Source: Candidatus Aenigmatarchaeota archaeon (GTDB taxonomy: Archaea > Aenigmatarchaeota > Aenigmatarchaeia > QMZP01). Taken from it: DNA of 26,682 bases. Positions 24,943 through 26,682 of this stretch are shown piece after piece (position 1 is the stretch's first letter; the number at the start of each line of letters is the position of its first letter). The notes below the pieces were generated by a model, which saw only the letters and a list, made by a program, of their open reading frames with translations, did no database searches and had not been told where the DNA came from. A program made the translations under genes and the position numbers. The stretch is from assembly GCA_016782405.1 (NCBI GenBank), contig JADHYO010000011.1, positions 1-26,682 on the forward strand, in the 5' to 3' direction.

Positions 24943-25254
24943 ATGTATCCTTACAAAGGTATTATAAGTGAACTTTTATGGGGGAAGAAGGACCTTACTG
25001 ACCGGCAGATTGAAGCTACTATTTTTGACAAACTTGCGAGGAAGGGGATGTGGGGGAATGTGTACAGACCAGCAGAAAGCATGGCCAAGTGGATAACCAA
25101 CAGGCTTAGAAGAAACGGAAAGAGGGTTGAATCTATTATGCACGGCCTGGAAAAGAAGGGATTACTCCTGTTCAAGAAGTCAGGGATGGTGGTATCGCTA
25201 AACCCCAGAAAAAAGGAAGATATTCTGAAAACAATCGAGGATGAGTTATATTAA
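24943..25254 (+). CDS. Hypothetical 103-aa basic protein, divergent from wHTH gene (possible wH fold)
   Basis: KRVESIMHGLEKKGLLLFKKSGMVVSLN resembles a recognition helix plus wing. No family assigned. Confidence 0.35.
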   Translation: MYPYKGIISELLWGKKDLTDRQIEATIFDKLARKGMWGNVYRPAESMAKWITNRLRRNGKRVESIMHGLEKKGLLLFKKSGMVVSLNPRKKEDILKTIEDELY

Positions 25255-25257
25255 TTT

Positions 25258-25300
25258 CAGTTGTACAGCCCGCCCTTGGCAATGTATGCTATAAAGAAGA
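25258..25300 (+). repeat. Cassette-boundary repeat copy D (begins at the stop codon of 24943-25254)
   Basis: CAGTTGTACAGCCCGCCCTTGGCAATGTATGCTATAAAGAAG. Confidence 0.65.
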
Positions 25301-25339
25301 ACACAAACATACTTTTAACTAAAAAACAAATATATAATC

Positions 25340-26362
25340 ATGGAAAGGGGTGTACTTCTTGCATTTCTCTTGGGAATGGCCGTTGTTGTCAGCGGGTGTA
25401 TAGTCCCACCTGCGGAGACTCCTCCCTATCAACCATATGAGAGAGAACATTTCAACTATCCTTGGGGAGAGATTCCTGAGCAAAACTGGACGAATCCGCG
25501 ATATGAACAAATACTCACTGCTGCCTTGAGGGATGCGAATGTCTCGCTTTGCCCTGAAATGGAGGACATTGGCAATTGCTCCATCCAGTTAAGGTACAAT
25601 GCGAGAGCCTGCACGCCATACCAGAGCCAGTGTTTTTATGAAATAGCCACGAAAACAAATAATGAGTTTTTGTGTGAAAATGTGAGCAATCCTTTATTTG
25701 CACTCTACTGCTTTGAATATATTGCCCTCGCGAAGAACAATACTGTCATCTGCGGGAAACTGGCCTCCATTAACCGGACAAAACTGGCCAACTGGTATGA
25801 CATTCCCATCGAGAATGTCTCCCTTGCTAACGATGTTGCTTACTGCCGCCAGAAAATTGCTGTCCAGACGCTCAATGTCAGTCTGTGTGAAATCAGCCAT
25901 ATTGCAGAAAACAATGTGTGGGAATTCTCCTGCCTGCACGATGTTGCCTTTGGGCTGAACAACATCAGCATCTGTGAGTTGATTGAGATTACAAACGAGA
26001 GGGAGTTCTGTTACAAGGGCATTGCAGAAAAGAACAAGGACCAGTCAATCTGCGATATGATTTCCCCGTTCTCTGTGGCCTGGGAAGCCGGTCCACTCAC
26101 GCGGGACCTCTGCTACCAGGATGTTGCTGCCGCAGCGAGAGATCCTTCTCTCTGCAAACTGGTTCAGAATTCAGAAGACCAGAATGGATGCTTTAAGATG
26201 ATGGCGAGGTTGATGAAGGATTACACTCTCTGTGCGTCTATCGCCGACCAGTATTTTAGGGATGTGTGTTATTCTAGTGTAGCGGATTGGACATATGACA
26301 AATCTGCATGTCAGTTTATTCAGAATGTGAATATGAAGCATTCCTGCCTCAATCCACTCTAA
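25340..26362 (+). CDS. Secreted Cys-rich tandem-repeat lipoprotein
   Basis: Signal peptide with a lipobox-like VVSGC. 21 Cys at ~12-14-residue spacing in reiterated [ND]-x-S-[LI]-C-x-x-I units (NVSLCPEM, NVSLCEIS, NISICELI, DQSICDMI, DPSLCKLV, DYTLCASI, DKSACQFI). Confidence 0.6.
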   Translation: MERGVLLAFLLGMAVVVSGCIVPPAETPPYQPYEREHFNYPWGEIPEQNWTNPRYEQILTAALRDANVSLCPEMEDIGNCSIQLRYNARACTPYQSQCFYEIATKTNNEFLCENVSNPLFALYCFEYIALAKNNTVICGKLASINRTKLANWYDIPIENVSLANDVAYCRQKIAVQTLNVSLCEISHIAENNVWEFSCLHDVAFGLNNISICELIEITNEREFCYKGIAEKNKDQSICDMISPFSVAWEAGPLTRDLCYQDVAAAARDPSLCKLVQNSEDQNGCFKMMARLMKDYTLCASIADQYFRDVCYSSVADWTYDKSACQFIQNVNMKHSCLNPL

Positions 26363-26387
26363 TCGTACAGCCCGCCCTTGGCAAAAC
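26360..26387 (+). repeat. Cassette-boundary repeat copy E (begins at the stop codon of the lipoprotein gene)
   Basis: TAATCGTACAGCCCGCCCTTGGCAAAAC. Its 5' part is near-identical to copy A (TAATCGTGCAGACTGCCCTTGGCGA). Confidence 0.65.
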
Positions 26388-26388
26388 C

Positions 26389-26682
26389 TCAAGCGTTAAG
26401 AAGAAAGATGCTTAAGTTCAGTGCCAATGCTATTGTGACCCAGGCAATGTACGGCAGAAGCAGCAGGCCTGCTGGCCTTGATACCTTGTAAAAAGATCGT
26501 AATGTCAAGGCTATGACAATCCAGAGGATTGCGATTTCTGCCAGGCCCAATATTGGGGACTGGAGGCCAAAGAAAAGGAATGACCAGAGCGCATTCAGTG
26601 CCAACTGTATAGCGAAGAGAACATAGGGCTGGCGGCTAGGCTGCTTTCTCCAGACCAGCCAGAGGGCAATCCCCATCAGGGC
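26389..26682 (-). CDS. tspO: TspO/MBR family protein, C-terminal portion (N-terminus lies beyond window end)
   Basis: LWLVWRKQ…LFAIQLALNALWSFLFFG…LLLLPYIAWVTIALALN matches the TspO TM4-TM5 signature (LLLPYLAW..FA..LN). Confidence 0.55.
   Translation of the reverse strand, partial: ALMGIALWLVWRKQPSRQPYVLFAIQLALNALWSFLFFGLQSPILGLAEIAILWIVIALTLRSFYKVSRPAGLLLLPYIAWVTIALALNLSIFLLNA

Noticed and set aside
21586-26390. Possibility that the evenly spaced conserved repeats are a CRISPR array
   Set aside because: Repeat units are imperfect and 30-85 bp long, with 700-1100 bp protein-coding 'spacers'. This is incompatible with CRISPR architecture.

Overview
This 26.7 kb window looks archaeal. The evidence is inferential: BRE/TATA-like AT boxes about 30 bp upstream of start codons, many ATGA start/stop overlaps, a single-domain KaiC-like ATPase, and a giant surface protein dense in N-glycosylation sequons. 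No rRNA, tRNA or CRISPR was seen.

Layout, left to right:
1. 1-3.5 kb: housekeeping genes on the + strand (family-2 OMP decarboxylase pyrF, orotate PRTase-like pyrE, HDAC/AcuC-like deacetylase, ribulose-phosphate 3-epimerase-like).
2. 3.46-10.47 kb: a translationally coupled minus-strand operon of a small wHTH protein, a 1956-aa secreted BNR/Asp-box propeller giant surface glycoprotein, and a 310-aa membrane-anchored coiled-coil protein. Both large proteins end in a TM helix plus a cytoplasmic tail carrying a shared ~35-aa motif.
3. 10.66-12.8 kb: a KaiC-like ATPase (minus strand) divergent from a P-loop-less DUF835-like RecA-fold protein and a small membrane protein.
4. 12.8-17.05 kb: an AT-rich island. 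It holds two tandem wHTH-nucleotidyltransferase(MNT)/HEPN-like pairs with palindromic and direct-repeat operators, then a radical-SAM enzyme plus a polytopic membrane protein.
5. 17.1-19.3 kb: an SPFH/stomatin protein and a DEAD-box helicase.
6. 19.4-21.5 kb: a minus-strand operon of four small membrane-anchored proteins, including a recent tandem duplicate.
7. 21.6 kb to the window end (most notable): at least 7 copies of a conserved 30-85 bp intergenic repeat with core CAGCCCGCCCTTGGCAA, all in the same orientation. They sit immediately after stop codons and punctuate 1-2-gene cassettes of mixed GC and mixed strand. Cassette contents are a CYTH protein, an acylphosphatase-like protein, a SixA-like histidine phosphatase, small-protein/HTH pairs, a Cys-rich repeat lipoprotein and a TspO fragment. 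This is consistent with an integron-like or otherwise recombination-site-punctuated gene-cassette array. No integrase lies within the window.
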